A DNA stretch of 62,086 bases from an uncultured Granulosicoccaceae bacterium. Its GTDB lineage: Bacteria > Pseudomonadota > Gammaproteobacteria > Granulosicoccales > Granulosicoccaceae. The translations under genes and the position numbers were made by a program. Of this stretch, positions 28,170-40,505 are shown piece after piece. The notes under the pieces were generated by a model that worked only from the letters and a program-made list of their open reading frames with translations, did not search any database and was not told the origin of the DNA. Location of the stretch: assembly GCA_964388065.1 (NCBI GenBank), contig CAYLZS010000129.1, positions 1-62,086 of the forward strand, read 5' to 3'. Position 1 is the first letter of the stretch. Every line of letters begins with the position of its first letter.

Positions 28170-28929
28170 AACCTTTCACAGCACCCACGCCATCCTGCTC
28201 CATCACTCGAATGGTCTCCGAACCGACCACGGCAATATCAACCTTGCCGCGCAGGAAGTCGATATCTTCCCGGCTTTTTACACCAAAGCCGACACCCAGT
28301 GGCAGGTCTGTGCAGCTGCGGCAAAGCGACAGGTAATTGCCAAGATCATCAGAGAAGGCGGTGTCTTTACCAGTAACACCTTTGCGCGCCACGCAGTAAA
28401 TCATTCCGGAACTGTTATCACTCAGATGGCGCATGCGTGATTCCGGAGTTTTAGGAGTAAATATATGCACAGGTGATACTGCGGCGGCATGCATGGCATC
28501 AAGGTATTCCTGCCCTTCAGCAGGTGGCAGGTCTGGCACTATACAGCCCTGAATACCTGCAGATTTACAACGACTGACAAACTCACCAACGCCATAGCAA
28601 TACAGTATGTTGTAGTACGTCATAAACAGAAAGGGAATATCGAATTCTTTGGTAATTTTCTCTGCTGCTGCAAAACTTTTTTCAACCGTAGCCCCTGCCT
28701 TTAAGGCCTCCGAGTTTGCTTTAAGAATTACCGGGCCGTCTGCCATAGGTTCAGAGAACGGGATTTGCAATTCCATTAAATCAACACCGGCGTTGACCAT
28801 ATCTTCAACAACACGCAGCGAGTCGTCAAAGTTTGGGTAACCCAGGACAATATGGGTCATCAGCAGAATATCTTTCTTTTCACGCGCTCGACGAATTGAT
28901 AGCTCAAGCTCGGTTGGATTACCACTCAT
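28147..28929 (-). CDS. trpA: tryptophan synthase alpha chain
   Basis: ELQIPFSEPMADGPVI and GFGVKSRED motifs, 260 aa. ATGA overlap with trpB. Confidence 0.9.
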   Translation of the reverse strand: MSGNPTELELSIRRAREKKDILLMTHIVLGYPNFDDSLRVVEDMVNAGVDLMELQIPFSEPMADGPVILKANSEALKAGATVEKSFAAAEKITKEFDIPFLFMTYYNILYCYGVGEFVSRCKSAGIQGCIVPDLPPAEGQEYLDAMHAAAVSPVHIFTPKTPESRMRHLSDNSSGMIYCVARKGVTGKDTAFSDDLGNYLSLCRSCTDLPLGVGFGVKSREDIDFLRGKVDIAVVGSETIRVMEQDGVGAVKGFIETLVA

Positions 28930-30194
28930 TGTGCATCACTCCGCTTAGCCGGTTCGCCGTTCATTTCGGCGCGATAGGCCTCTGCTTTGTCAATGATAAA
29001 CTCGCGCCACTTCGGATCATGCACTGCATCTGCAACCGTGAAAATGTCTTTGTCTGCGCGGCCTGACATATTAATCAGTATGTCTTCATCACCGGACATG
29101 CTGGCAGCTTCCTTATACGCCTGCGCAAACGCATGAGAAGACTCAAGCGCCGGAATCAGTCCTTCACATCGAACCGTGCGCTGCATTGCGTCAACCACTT
29201 CACTATCTGAGGCTGCTTCAAAGCGCACCTCCTTGGTTTCATGCATGTGACTTAAGATCGGTGATACACCAACATAATCCAGACCTGCAGAAACACTGTG
29301 GGTGTCCTGCATCTGACCATCTGAATCCTGCAGGAAATAAGTTTTATAACCTTGTGCAACACCCACAGTGGCATCGTCATAGGCAAGACGTGCTGCATGC
29401 TGGCCTGACCCCCGGCCACGACCACCGGCTTCAACACCAACCAGTTCTACGCTTTTGTCTTCAAGGAAGCCACTGAATATACCCATCGCATTTGATCCGC
29501 CGCCAACACAGGCATACACACGTGATGGCAACCTGTCGCAGCGTTCTAACATTTGCTCACGCGACTCTGTTCCGATGATCGACTGAAACCAGCTGACCAT
29601 TTCCGGAAACGGGTGCGGGCCACAGGCGGTGCCGAGAACATAATGGGTATCATCCATGTTCGAAACCCAGTCTCTAAAAGCTTCGTTGATTGCATCTTTA
29701 AGGGTTTGACTACCCTCAGTGACGGCTACGACGGTCGCCCCCATCTGCTCCATCCAGAACACATTCGGGCGCTGACGCTCTACATCGTGAGCGCCCATAT
29801 AGATGGTGCAGTCAAATCCGAACTTGGCCGCCATTGTTGCTGTTGCCACACCGTGCTGGCCGGCACCGGTCTCTGCGATAACTCGCTTTTTACCCATACG
29901 TCTGGTCAGCAATCCCTGACCCATAACGTTGTTGGCCTTGTGTGCTCCGGTGTGATTGAGATCTTCCCGTTTGACGTAAATGTTGGCACCACCAAGCTGC
30001 TCTGTCAGGTTGTCAAGCCGGGTGATCGGGGTGGCTCGGCACGAATACGTTGACATCAGGTCTTTGTATTCGGCCCAGAACGATTCATCTTCTCTGGCCG
30101 CCAGATAAGCGCTCTCGAGCTCGTCGAATGTCGGCACCAGTATTTCAGGGATATATGCCCCGCCAAACTGGCTGTAATAGCCGCTATTTTTCAT
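28926..30194 (-). CDS. trpB: tryptophan synthase beta chain
   Basis: YYSQFGGAYIPEIL, LNHTGAHKANN (PLP lysine) and ETGAGQHGVATA. 422 aa, with a ~25-aa C-terminal extension. Confidence 0.95.
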   Translation of the reverse strand: MKNSGYYSQFGGAYIPEILVPTFDELESAYLAAREDESFWAEYKDLMSTYSCRATPITRLDNLTEQLGGANIYVKREDLNHTGAHKANNVMGQGLLTRRMGKKRVIAETGAGQHGVATATMAAKFGFDCTIYMGAHDVERQRPNVFWMEQMGATVVAVTEGSQTLKDAINEAFRDWVSNMDDTHYVLGTACGPHPFPEMVSWFQSIIGTESREQMLERCDRLPSRVYACVGGGSNAMGIFSGFLEDKSVELVGVEAGGRGRGSGQHAARLAYDDATVGVAQGYKTYFLQDSDGQMQDTHSVSAGLDYVGVSPILSHMHETKEVRFEAASDSEVVDAMQRTVRCEGLIPALESSHAFAQAYKEAASMSGDEDILINMSGRADKDIFTVADAVHDPKWREFIIDKAEAYRAEMNGEPAKRSDAQ

Positions 30195-30458
30195 TATTTG
30201 ATTGTCCGATGAATATTTCCGGGATGCCCGGAAGTCTGTGCGGCAGAAGCTCTGCTACTGCGAACGCCATTCTAACAGGCTCAGGCAAAGCGCTGTGCTG
30301 CCAATTCCACGATATCTTTTATTCTCACACTCTATTTGTACACAGATTGTGAACCGATCCTGTTGGTTGATCTGCCTCTGCCTGACACTGCCGCATAGCC
30401 GCTCCCCGAAACCTGACAGACGAACGTATAATCATTAGAAAAGCCGCTCGAGACCGAT

Positions 30459-31514
30459 ATGCGCTACTCATTCGAACATGGCAGAGAGTACCAGTTGCTG
30501 CCCGGTATACACCGACACACCAGAGTAGATCTCGGCCCGATTCGTACTCCGCTGCAAAAGGCCAGGCGCCTTGGTGACGAACTCGGTATCGAGCTATACA
30601 TTAAACGCGACGACGCACAGCCACTTGGTATGGGTGGCAACAAAGTCAGACAACTGGAGTTTTATCTGGGGCCGGCGCAGGATCAGCATGCCGATACAAT
30701 ACTCATTACCGGCGCCATTCAATCGAATTTTGTGAGACTGTGTGCCGCTGCCTGCAGAAAGCTGGGTCTGCATCCGGTTGTACAGCTGGAAGATCGCGTA
30801 CCGACTAATGATCCTGTTTATCAATCATCCGGCAATGTATTGCTTGACCAACTCTACGGTGCAGAAATCCATCACCTCTCTGAAGGTGAAGACGAAGCCT
30901 TTGCCGACGCGCATCTCGACAAACTGGCAGAACAACTAAAAGCACAGGGTCGCAAACCGTATGTCATTCATTTGGGTGTTGATGACGACCCGCTAGGTGC
31001 ACTGGGTTATGCACTGGCTGCAGCTGAATTAAAAGAACAACTGGATGCAATAGCTGTTACACCCGACCATATTGTTAACCCCTCTGGCAGTGGCATTACC
31101 CATTCAGGTATTGTCGCAGGTGCCCACGCGCTGAACTGGAATATAAACATACATGGTATCTGTGTGCGACGCGAGCAAGCGCTGCAACTGCCGCGAATTG
31201 AAAAACGCTGTGGTGAAGTTGCAACGCTGCTCAGTCTGCCACCGGTACCACAGGGTTCCGTCACCGTTCATGATGAAGTGCTGGCACCCGGCTACGGGCA
31301 GCTGAACAATGCCGTTAGCCAGGCTATTCGCAAAGCAGCGTTACTTGAAGGATTGCTGGTTGACCCGGTTTACAGTGGCCGAACACTGGCAGGGCTTATC
31401 GACCTGGTTGATCGGGGCATTATTGCCAGAGGTGCCTGCGTTGTTTTTTTTCATACCGGAGGTGCACCCGCACTATTCGCCTATCAAAACAAACTCGATT
31501 TCTCCAGCCATTAG
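30459..31514 (+). CDS. D-cysteine desulfhydrase / ACC deaminase family PLP enzyme
   Basis: GGNKVRQLEFYLG (PLP lysine), and a C-terminal FFHTGGAPALFAY motif typical of this fold-type II family. Confidence 0.8.
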   Translation: MRYSFEHGREYQLLPGIHRHTRVDLGPIRTPLQKARRLGDELGIELYIKRDDAQPLGMGGNKVRQLEFYLGPAQDQHADTILITGAIQSNFVRLCAAACRKLGLHPVVQLEDRVPTNDPVYQSSGNVLLDQLYGAEIHHLSEGEDEAFADAHLDKLAEQLKAQGRKPYVIHLGVDDDPLGALGYALAAAELKEQLDAIAVTPDHIVNPSGSGITHSGIVAGAHALNWNINIHGICVRREQALQLPRIEKRCGEVATLLSLPPVPQGSVTVHDEVLAPGYGQLNNAVSQAIRKAALLEGLLVDPVYSGRTLAGLIDLVDRGIIARGACVVFFHTGGAPALFAYQNKLDFSSH

Positions 31515-31596
31515 AAGTCGATTTTTATACCGACATCAATTGAACCAGCCTGCCGGCTATTCCAATATAGCCGGTGAGGTGATGATAGCTGCGATT

Positions 31597-32777
<1,181 letters not shown>

Positions 32778-34934
32778 TTAGGCTCCCCGTGGAAAAAAGG
32801 ATTTTTTATCGGCGGCCATCTTTTTCATACCGTCGGTCGGATGATAAAGTGCACCAAGCTCTGCATACTGCTCACACATCTTGCAGAAGTTATCCATACC
32901 TACCGTATCCATGTAGTGCAGCACTCCACCACGGAACGGTGGAAAACCAATGCCGTAGACAAGACCCATATCTGCATCTGCAGGACCACTGACAATACCT
33001 TCTTCAAGGCATCGCACTGTCTCGATACACATGGGTATCATCATGCGTTCAACAATCTGTTCGTCGGTAAATTCACGCTGTTCTGTGACCGATGGTGCGA
33101 TAACACCAACTGTGTCCGGGTCGGGTAACTTCTTTGGCTTACCACGTTTGTCCAGTTCATAGCGATAGAATCCGGAACCGTTCTTCTGCCCAAAACGTTC
33201 TGCTTTATAGAGCAATTCAACGGCCGTGGTGTAGTCATACTTCATTCGATCAGGGAAACCGTCTGCCATCACATCGCCGCCATGCTGACCTGTGTCAATC
33301 CCGACTACATCAAGCAGGTAGGCAGGACCCATTGGCCAGCCCCATTTTTCCATTAGTTTATCAACACGGTTGAAATCAGCACCCTGTGTCAGTAGTAGTG
33401 AGAAGCCACCGAAGTATGGAAACAACACACGGTTTACAAAGAAGCCGGGGCAGTCATTCACTACAATCGGTGTTTTACCCATGGTGCGAGCGTAGGCAAC
33501 GGTTGTCGCCACTGCAGCATCACCGGTCTTTTCGCCTCGAATAACTTCAACCAGTGGCATCAGATGCACCGGGTTAAAAAAGTGCATGCCACAAAAACTC
33601 TCTGGACGTTTTAAACTCTGTGCCAGCAAATCTATGGAGATGGTTGATGTATTACTGGTGAGAATTGCGTCATCAGATAAAACTGCTTCCACTTCAGCCA
33701 GTACCGATTGCTTTATTTTTGGGTTTTCAACAACCGCTTCTACTACAAGATCAACGTCACCGAAGTCACCGTAACTCAAAGACGGTACAATTCGATGCAT
33801 TCCTTTGGCGGCACCTTGCTGGTCGAGACGTCCGCGCTTGACCTGGTTGAAAAAAAGTTTGGTCGATTCAGCCAGACCATCGTCAATCGCCTGCTGATTA
33901 ATGTCCTTCATCACAATAGGGACGCCACTGGAAGCGGACTGATAGGCAACACCTCCCCCCATGATGCCTGCACCCAGTACTGCGGCTTTGGCAACCTCTT
34001 TGCCACCCTGAGACAACTGCTTGCTTTGCTTCTTCAGGAACTGATCTTTCATGAAGATGCCAATCAATGATGCAGTGACCGGAGACTTGGTCAGTTTGGC
34101 AAAAGCTGTGGCTTCAACTTTAAAGGCGCTGTCACGATCAAGGCTCGCATGCTTTTCGATAACGCCAATAATGGTCATTGGCGACGGATAATGCGGCCCT
34201 GCTTTCGCACCGACCACACCACGTGCACTGGTAAATGCCATCGTGCGCTCAATAGTTGAAAGTGGTAACGGAGCTTTTTTCTCTTCCCGACGCTCCTCGT
34301 AGTCAAACTTGCCATCAATGCAGTTTTGAACAAGCTGTAGTGCAGCGTCACGCAACTGATCTTCTGCAACCACCGCGTCAACCGCACCATCTTTTAATGC
34401 TGCGGCAGCGCGCTTGTTAGAGCCACCGGCAATCCATTCGATTGCGTTGTCTACACCGATGATTCTCGGCAGACGAACGGTGCCACCCCAGCCCGGAAGA
34501 ATGCCGAGCTTCACTTCCGGCAAACCAATTTTTGCGTTGCTCGCCATAACCCGGTAATCACACGCCAGACAAACTTCCAGCCCACCGCCAAGGGCTTCGC
34601 CATTAATGGCAACAACCGTCGGGTAAGGGAGATCTTCAATGCTTGAAAACAATGCATCGATATTCAGGAGTGCTTCGACAATATCTGCCTCGGGGCTTTG
34701 GAACAACGCACCGAACTCACCAACGTCAGCGCCGACAAAGAAACTCTTCTTGGCACTGGTTAACAGCAACCCTTTAACACCATCCTCTCGTTGCAACGCA
34801 GTGATCGCTTCTTCAAGTTCTTTAAGCGTTGCCTGATTAAACTTGTTGACGCCAGAATCTTTCAGATCAAAGCGCATTTCATAAATACCGTCCTGAGCAA
34901 CAGCTACGGTGAGTGACTGACCTTCAAATAACAT
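32778..34934 (-). CDS. fadB: fatty-acid oxidation complex alpha subunit (enoyl-CoA hydratase / 3-hydroxyacyl-CoA dehydrogenase)
   Basis: 718 aa. N-terminal crotonase domain ([23 protein letters not shown]), then the NAD-binding [10 protein letters not shown]. Lies immediately upstream of fadA. Confidence 0.9.
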   Translation of the reverse strand: MLFEGQSLTVAVAQDGIYEMRFDLKDSGVNKFNQATLKELEEAITALQREDGVKGLLLTSAKKSFFVGADVGEFGALFQSPEADIVEALLNIDALFSSIEDLPYPTVVAINGEALGGGLEVCLACDYRVMASNAKIGLPEVKLGILPGWGGTVRLPRIIGVDNAIEWIAGGSNKRAAAALKDGAVDAVVAEDQLRDAALQLVQNCIDGKFDYEERREEKKAPLPLSTIERTMAFTSARGVVGAKAGPHYPSPMTIIGVIEKHASLDRDSAFKVEATAFAKLTKSPVTASLIGIFMKDQFLKKQSKQLSQGGKEVAKAAVLGAGIMGGGVAYQSASSGVPIVMKDINQQAIDDGLAESTKLFFNQVKRGRLDQQGAAKGMHRIVPSLSYGDFGDVDLVVEAVVENPKIKQSVLAEVEAVLSDDAILTSNTSTISIDLLAQSLKRPESFCGMHFFNPVHLMPLVEVIRGEKTGDAAVATTVAYARTMGKTPIVVNDCPGFFVNRVLFPYFGGFSLLLTQGADFNRVDKLMEKWGWPMGPAYLLDVVGIDTGQHGGDVMADGFPDRMKYDYTTAVELLYKAERFGQKNGSGFYRYELDKRGKPKKLPDPDTVGVIAPSVTEQREFTDEQIVERMMIPMCIETVRCLEEGIVSGPADADMGLVYGIGFPPFRGGVLHYMDTVGMDNFCKMCEQYAELGALYHPTDGMKKMAADKKSFFPRGA

Positions 34935-34961
34935 TGGGTCTTCTCCTTGGAAGCTGTCTGC

Positions 34962-36764
34962 TTAGAAACTAAAATGGTCGGCGTCGAGTGCCATCAGGGG
35001 ATCAGCACCGGCTTCGATTGTCGCCACCAATGAACGGGTTCGCGGTAACAGTTTTTCGAAATAGAAATCGCAGGTCGATAGTTTTGCACGATAGAAGTCC
35101 GGTTCCGAACAGTCGTCCTGAGCCAGTGCGTTAAGTGCTACTGCCTGAGCCTGCGCCCAGAAATACGCCAGCACCACATAGCCCGCATACATTAAGTAGT
35201 CGACCGAAGCTGCACCCACTTCATCGGCGTCAGACATAGCGCGCATCATGATCTCGGTGGTAATTCGTTCCCATTCTTCGCAGTGCATCTTTAGCGATGC
35301 GATTGAGTTGGCCATCAATCGATTGTCTTCGTGCTTGCCGCAGAACTCTGCGATTTCAGCAAGAAACGGTCGCAACATACCTCCCTGCGAGCCCACCACT
35401 TTACGACCGAGCAAGTCGAGCGCCTGAATACCCGTGGTACCTTCATACAACATAGATATGCGGCAGTCGCGTACGTTTTGCTCCATACCCCACTCTTGTA
35501 TAAAGCCATGACCACCAAAAATTTGTAAACCCAGATTGGCTGATTCAAAGCCGGTTTCAGTCAAAAACGCTTTGCCAATGGGTGTTAGCAAAGCCAGTCT
35601 TTGATCAGCCTTTCCCTTAATCTCATCAGATGCATCTGACTCTATGGTGTCGACGTCCATTGCCATCGAGTGCACAAACAAACGCCCACCCTCGGCAAAC
35701 GCCTTTTGAGTCAGTAACATGCGCCGTACATCAGGGTGCACAATTATCGGATCGGCAGCTTTATCCGGGTTTTTCTGACCCGATAACGATCGCATCTGTA
35801 AGCGATCGCGTGCGTACTCGAGTGACTTTTGAAACCCCAGTTCCGCATGCGCCAAACCCTGCAACGCAGTGCCAAGCCTTGCTACGTTCATAAAGGTAAA
35901 CATGCAATTCAAACCACGATTAGGTGGCCCGATGAGCCAGCCCTGAGCACCGTCAAAATTAAGTACTGCAGTAGCATTGCCGTGTATACCCATTTTGTGC
36001 TCAATAGAACCACAACTTACTTTGTTGCGTTCTCCGGCTTCGCCGCTCGCATCGGGTAACATTTTTGGCACGATGAATAACGAAATACCCCGGGTGCCCT
36101 GTGGTGCATCCGGCAAACGTGCCAGAACAATATGGACGATGTTGTCCGTCATATCGTGCTCACCGGCAGAGATAAAAATCTTGGTGCCGCTGATGGCATA
36201 ACTTCCATCGTCATTCGGCTCTGCCCGAGTACGCAGCATGCCAAGGTCAGTACCACAGTGTGATTCGGTTAAACACATAGTGCCCATCCACTCACCTGAG
36301 GTGAGCTTGCCGAGATAGGCTGCCTTTTGTTCGTCTGTACCGTGTGCGGTGATAGTGGCATGCGCACCGTGGCTCAGGCCCGGATACATTGCCCAGGCCC
36401 AGTTAGCAGTACCCGCCATTTCACTGAGCAGTGTCGACATGGAAGGCGGTAAACCCTGACCGCCAAAATCCGGATCCGCCGCCAGACTGGCCCAGCCAGC
36501 TTCCACATAGGCGTTATAGGCTTCTTTGAATCCTGCAGGGGTTGTGACGACCGTGTCGTTCCACTGGCAACCTTCCTGATCACCGGATTGATTGATCGGT
36601 GCAAGCTCCTGCTCAACAAACTTGGACGCCTCCTCGAGGATTGCTCCAAGCAGATCATCCGTCACTTCCTCGTAACTGCCCAGATCAGCGCAGCGCTGAG
36701 TGTAGTTAAACACCTCTTGCAGGCTGAACTTCACATCTCTGAGCGGGACTTTAAAATCGGCCAC
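34962..36764 (-). CDS. long-type acyl-CoA dehydrogenase (~600 aa)
   Basis: MADFKVPLRDVKFSLQEVFNY N-terminus, the MCLTE..CGTDLG and FISAGEHD motifs, and IFGGHGFIQEWGMEQ..RD.RI..LYEGTTGIQ. Confidence 0.85.
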   Translation of the reverse strand: MADFKVPLRDVKFSLQEVFNYTQRCADLGSYEEVTDDLLGAILEEASKFVEQELAPINQSGDQEGCQWNDTVVTTPAGFKEAYNAYVEAGWASLAADPDFGGQGLPPSMSTLLSEMAGTANWAWAMYPGLSHGAHATITAHGTDEQKAAYLGKLTSGEWMGTMCLTESHCGTDLGMLRTRAEPNDDGSYAISGTKIFISAGEHDMTDNIVHIVLARLPDAPQGTRGISLFIVPKMLPDASGEAGERNKVSCGSIEHKMGIHGNATAVLNFDGAQGWLIGPPNRGLNCMFTFMNVARLGTALQGLAHAELGFQKSLEYARDRLQMRSLSGQKNPDKAADPIIVHPDVRRMLLTQKAFAEGGRLFVHSMAMDVDTIESDASDEIKGKADQRLALLTPIGKAFLTETGFESANLGLQIFGGHGFIQEWGMEQNVRDCRISMLYEGTTGIQALDLLGRKVVGSQGGMLRPFLAEIAEFCGKHEDNRLMANSIASLKMHCEEWERITTEIMMRAMSDADEVGAASVDYLMYAGYVVLAYFWAQAQAVALNALAQDDCSEPDFYRAKLSTCDFYFEKLLPRTRSLVATIEAGADPLMALDADHFSF

Positions 36765-37116
36765 TTTTGTCTCCAGGTTGTTCCAACAGGTGCAATCACG
36801 CGAAGCGCTTCACTGCTTCCGGAAAATTACAGAATATCGACTGTTTGCTGAATTAAACGGTCGCCAGTTATGCGAGTAACAATAAAGTTGACAACGCAAA
36901 ACCGGGCAGGTTCACAGTCTACTACAGCTAGTGTAAATAAGAGAATCGGTAAGGCGATTTGCCTGTTTGCCACCAACTTGACACAACCATCGAGTGAGCC
37001 ATTGACTACACACATTGCCTACTCTAGTCTGCAAAATGAGCGTGACTGTGGGTCAGGCTGGAATTCAGGTAATCAACCCGGTTGAGGGATTGATCCAATA
37101 ACATTCTGGAGGAAAA

Positions 37117-38163
37117 ATGAAATTATCAAAAAACAAAATAATGGGTGCAATGCTCTGTGCGTCTGTCTGCACAGCTGCACATGCGCAGGACACACTGGAA
37201 CTGACATCAGCATTCGCTAAAAACCTGCCGATACTCGGTACCGCCGGTACCGATTTCGTGGAAAAAATTAACGGCATCTCCAGTGAAGTGCAGTTTGAAC
37301 ACTTTGATCCAAACAAACTGGTCCCGCCACTGGAAGCGCTGGACGCAGTGTCAAACGGATCTGTCGATGCAGCCTTTGCTACATCCGGCTACTGGCAGGG
37401 GAAAATTCCTGCAGCCTCACTATTCGCAGCAGTTCCTTTCGGCCCTGAGGCAGGGGAATTTCTTGGCTGGATTTTATACGATGATGGCGCTGCACTCTGG
37501 CAGGAAATGTACGACCAGGCGGGCTTCGACGTTATAGCCAAGCCATGCGGTATTATCGCGCCTGAGACATCGGGCTGGTTCAAGAACGAAATAAACGGTG
37601 TAGAGGATCTTAAAGGCCTTAACATGCGTTTCTTCGGACTGGGTGCTGAGGTAATGCAAAAGCTTGGAGTATCCACTTCACTTCTGGCCGGTGGTGATAT
37701 CTTCCCGGCTCTTGAGCGCGGTGCAATTGACGCTACCGAATTCTCCATGCCGCGAATAGACGCGCGACTGGGATTTCACAAAATCACAAAGTTCAACTAC
37801 TTCCCTGGCTGGCACCAGCCGTCAACGTTGTTTGAACTGTTGATCAACAAAGACATCTACGATGAGCTTTCAGATGTTGCAAAAAACCAGATCGACGTGG
37901 CCTGTCTTGCAAACATTACAACAAGCCTCGCTGAAGGAGAAGCCACCAACTACGCCGCAATGGTCGACAACACTGAAAACAACGGTGTCACCATAAAACA
38001 GTGGCCACCAGAAATGCTCGAGCAATTTCAATCTGCCTGGGATGAAATTGCCGCTGAGTTTGCAGAAGAAGATGAGTTCTTCAAAAAGGTTTGGGATGAT
38101 CTATCCGAGTATCGTGAAGGTTACGACGTCTGGTCGAGTAATATATACCTGCCACGCAAGTAG
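37117..38163 (+). CDS. TRAP transporter substrate-binding protein (DctP family)
   Basis: 348 aa. Sec signal ending AHA|QD. The body resembles the mannitol/chloroaromatic-type DctP subgroup. Strong RBS GGAGGA. Confidence 0.85.
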   Translation: MKLSKNKIMGAMLCASVCTAAHAQDTLELTSAFAKNLPILGTAGTDFVEKINGISSEVQFEHFDPNKLVPPLEALDAVSNGSVDAAFATSGYWQGKIPAASLFAAVPFGPEAGEFLGWILYDDGAALWQEMYDQAGFDVIAKPCGIIAPETSGWFKNEINGVEDLKGLNMRFFGLGAEVMQKLGVSTSLLAGGDIFPALERGAIDATEFSMPRIDARLGFHKITKFNYFPGWHQPSTLFELLINKDIYDELSDVAKNQIDVACLANITTSLAEGEATNYAAMVDNTENNGVTIKQWPPEMLEQFQSAWDEIAAEFAEEDEFFKKVWDDLSEYREGYDVWSSNIYLPRK

Positions 38164-38195
38164 CGAACTCTGTTTACCAGGCCCTGCCAGAAAAA

Positions 38196-38222
38196 GGTGG
38201 TCACTTTGACCACCTTTTTTTT
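38196..38222 (+). terminator. Rho-independent terminator/attenuator between the TRAP SBP and membrane-component genes
   Basis: GGTGGTC-ACTTT-GACCACC followed by T8. Confidence 0.6.
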
Positions 38223-38270
38223 CGAAAACAACTCAGCAATCAGAACCCGACTCATTCCCGATACTTCCCT

Positions 38271-39050
38271 ATGCCAGATAATTCTCTAGCCCCTGATCAC
38301 ACATCGGTCGCAATCTCGGACCCCGGGAATCGACGCCGCGAAGAACATTATTTTATCGACCGGCTGGTCGTCGGTGCTGGTAATGTTGTCGCATGGGTCT
38401 TTCCGCTGTTAATGATTGCTATTGTTGCTCAGGTGGTTATGCGAAAAATGGGGCATAACCAGGCCTGGCTGGATGATGGTCAGTGGTGGCTGTATGGCTT
38501 TGCAGTACTCACCGGTTTTGCTTATGCCATCACCACAGACAGCCATGTCAGGGTGGATATCTTTCATCAAAATTTTTCAGCCACTAAAAAAGCAAAACTC
38601 GAAGTATTTGCAATTGGATGGCTGATGTTGCCTTTCATCGGCATGATGGTAGACATCCTCGGGCAATACGCCTGGTCATCATGGGTAGCAAAGGAAGGGT
38701 CTGATAGTCCCAACGGGCTTCATCGGCTCTATATCCTAAAACTTTCACTGCCAATTCTAATGACATTGGCGGCCCTTGCATCCTGGTCGATGGTGCGCAG
38801 GAACCTGGCCAAATTCACTTCACCAACTGCCGTAAAGTGCATACTCGGAACACTGCCATTCTGTTGGTTTGTACTTGACCGGATTGTGTACTGCGTATTC
38901 TATTGGTACACCCGTATCAGCCAGCCCGATCTGGCAACTCGCAGAATCGCAAAAGAACCAATTATGGAGCATACAACGATTATCGCGCTGGCATTAATTG
39001 TATTGTTGCTCATTGTCTTCTGGGTAGCAGGCCGGAAGCGAAGGGCATAA
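38271..39050 (+). CDS. TRAP transporter small permease (DctQ-like, extended)
   Basis: 259 aa. Four core TM segments plus an extra C-terminal hydrophobic region. Lies between DctP-like and DctM-like genes. Confidence 0.75.
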   Translation: MPDNSLAPDHTSVAISDPGNRRREEHYFIDRLVVGAGNVVAWVFPLLMIAIVAQVVMRKMGHNQAWLDDGQWWLYGFAVLTGFAYAITTDSHVRVDIFHQNFSATKKAKLEVFAIGWLMLPFIGMMVDILGQYAWSSWVAKEGSDSPNGLHRLYILKLSLPILMTLAALASWSMVRRNLAKFTSPTAVKCILGTLPFCWFVLDRIVYCVFYWYTRISQPDLATRRIAKEPIMEHTTIIALALIVLLLIVFWVAGRKRRA

Positions 39051-39052
39051 CT

Positions 39053-40501
39053 ATGGAGATTCTTGCATTCCTCGGGCAGTACATGGACTTGAACCAGTGG
39101 ATGGTTCTGTCGATGTTCATCGTTTTTATTATTTTTTTATTCATCGGTATTCCCGTCGCTTACGCTCTTGTAGGGGTCAGTTTAATATTCGTTTTACTGG
39201 GTGAATACGTACTCGATGAGCATAGAAAAGTAATCTCTGAATACATCGAATTTAAACGCACCGGTATCACCTATAAAAAAATGTTTGCCAACGGTGGCAG
39301 ATTTTTTGGCGGGATAATAAAAAATCCTGTTTTGGTTGCACTGCCGATGTTCATTTTTATGGGTCTGATGCTCGATCAGTCAGGTGTAGCCCAACGGATG
39401 ATGCGCTCCATGCAGGTCTTGTTCGGTGCACTGCGCGGTGGGCTGGCACTTACCGTCATGTTGATCGGAATTATTCTTGCCGCATCTACCGGTGTTATCG
39501 GAGCGTCTGTGGTGTTGCTTGGTGTGATGGGACTACCGGCAATGTTGCAACAAAATTACGGCAAGTCGATAGCAACCGGAACCATTGCAGCTTCAGGTAC
39601 GCTTGGCATTCTTATTCCACCGTCAATTATGCTGGTGATCATGAGTGATCAGCTCGCGATCTCGCTTGGCGACCTTTTCATGGGTGCCATGTTTCCAGGA
39701 CTAATTCTGGGTGCGCTCTACATTGTATTTATCGTTTTGTATGGCTTGGTAAACCCTAAAGCCATGCCACTTCCTGAAAATCGTGAACCGGTCACTGCAA
39801 AAATTCTGTTTGATGTTGCGATCTCTGTTGTCCCGCCACTGTTTTTAATATTACTGGTACTCGGATCAATTTTCTTCGGTCTGGCCACACCAACGGAGGC
39901 CTCAGGCCTCGGGGCATTAGGTGCAACAATACTGGCGTTGCTGAGTGGCAGGCTTAATTTAAAGGTACTTCGTGATGTGGCAAGACAGACCCTGAATACC
40001 GCAGGCTACATTGTAGGGATATTCATTGCTGCCAACTTCTTCGCCTACATTCTCAGACGGTACGGCGGCGATCAGATCATTGAAAACATGGTACTCGGCT
40101 TTTTTGAAAACCCGTACATGATTGTCTGCTTCATACTGTTTATTATATTTTTACTCGGATTTCTTCTCGACTGGATTGAGATAACCTTAATCATTATGCC
40201 GTTGATGTTACCGGTTATTTTATCTCTCGACCTGCCAGTTGATGGTTTCGGCGTTGTTGGTGAACCTTCAGTGGTGTGGTTTGCCATACTTGTGGCTGTA
40301 ACGCTGCAAACCTCATTTCTTACACCGCCGGTGGGCTTCGCCCTCTTCTACCTCAAGGGCGTCTGTCCTCCCGGAGTCACACTGGGGCACATTTACAAAG
40401 GCGTTATCCCTTTCGTTATTCTGCAACTTATCGGGCTTGCTATTGTGTTCTTTTTTCCTGAGCTTACTACCTGGTTACCGGCCAAGGCTTACGGTAACTA
40501 A
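39053..40501 (+). CDS. TRAP transporter large permease (DctM-like)
   Basis: 482 aa from ATG 39053 (MEILAFLGQYMD...), 2 nt after the dctQ-like stop. The track ORF starts further upstream in frame. Polytopic. Confidence 0.85.
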   Translation: MEILAFLGQYMDLNQWMVLSMFIVFIIFLFIGIPVAYALVGVSLIFVLLGEYVLDEHRKVISEYIEFKRTGITYKKMFANGGRFFGGIIKNPVLVALPMFIFMGLMLDQSGVAQRMMRSMQVLFGALRGGLALTVMLIGIILAASTGVIGASVVLLGVMGLPAMLQQNYGKSIATGTIAASGTLGILIPPSIMLVIMSDQLAISLGDLFMGAMFPGLILGALYIVFIVLYGLVNPKAMPLPENREPVTAKILFDVAISVVPPLFLILLVLGSIFFGLATPTEASGLGALGATILALLSGRLNLKVLRDVARQTLNTAGYIVGIFIAANFFAYILRRYGGDQIIENMVLGFFENPYMIVCFILFIIFLLGFLLDWIEITLIIMPLMLPVILSLDLPVDGFGVVGEPSVVWFAILVAVTLQTSFLTPPVGFALFYLKGVCPPGVTLGHIYKGVIPFVILQLIGLAIVFFFPELTTWLPAKAYGN

Positions 40502-40505
40502 CGAC

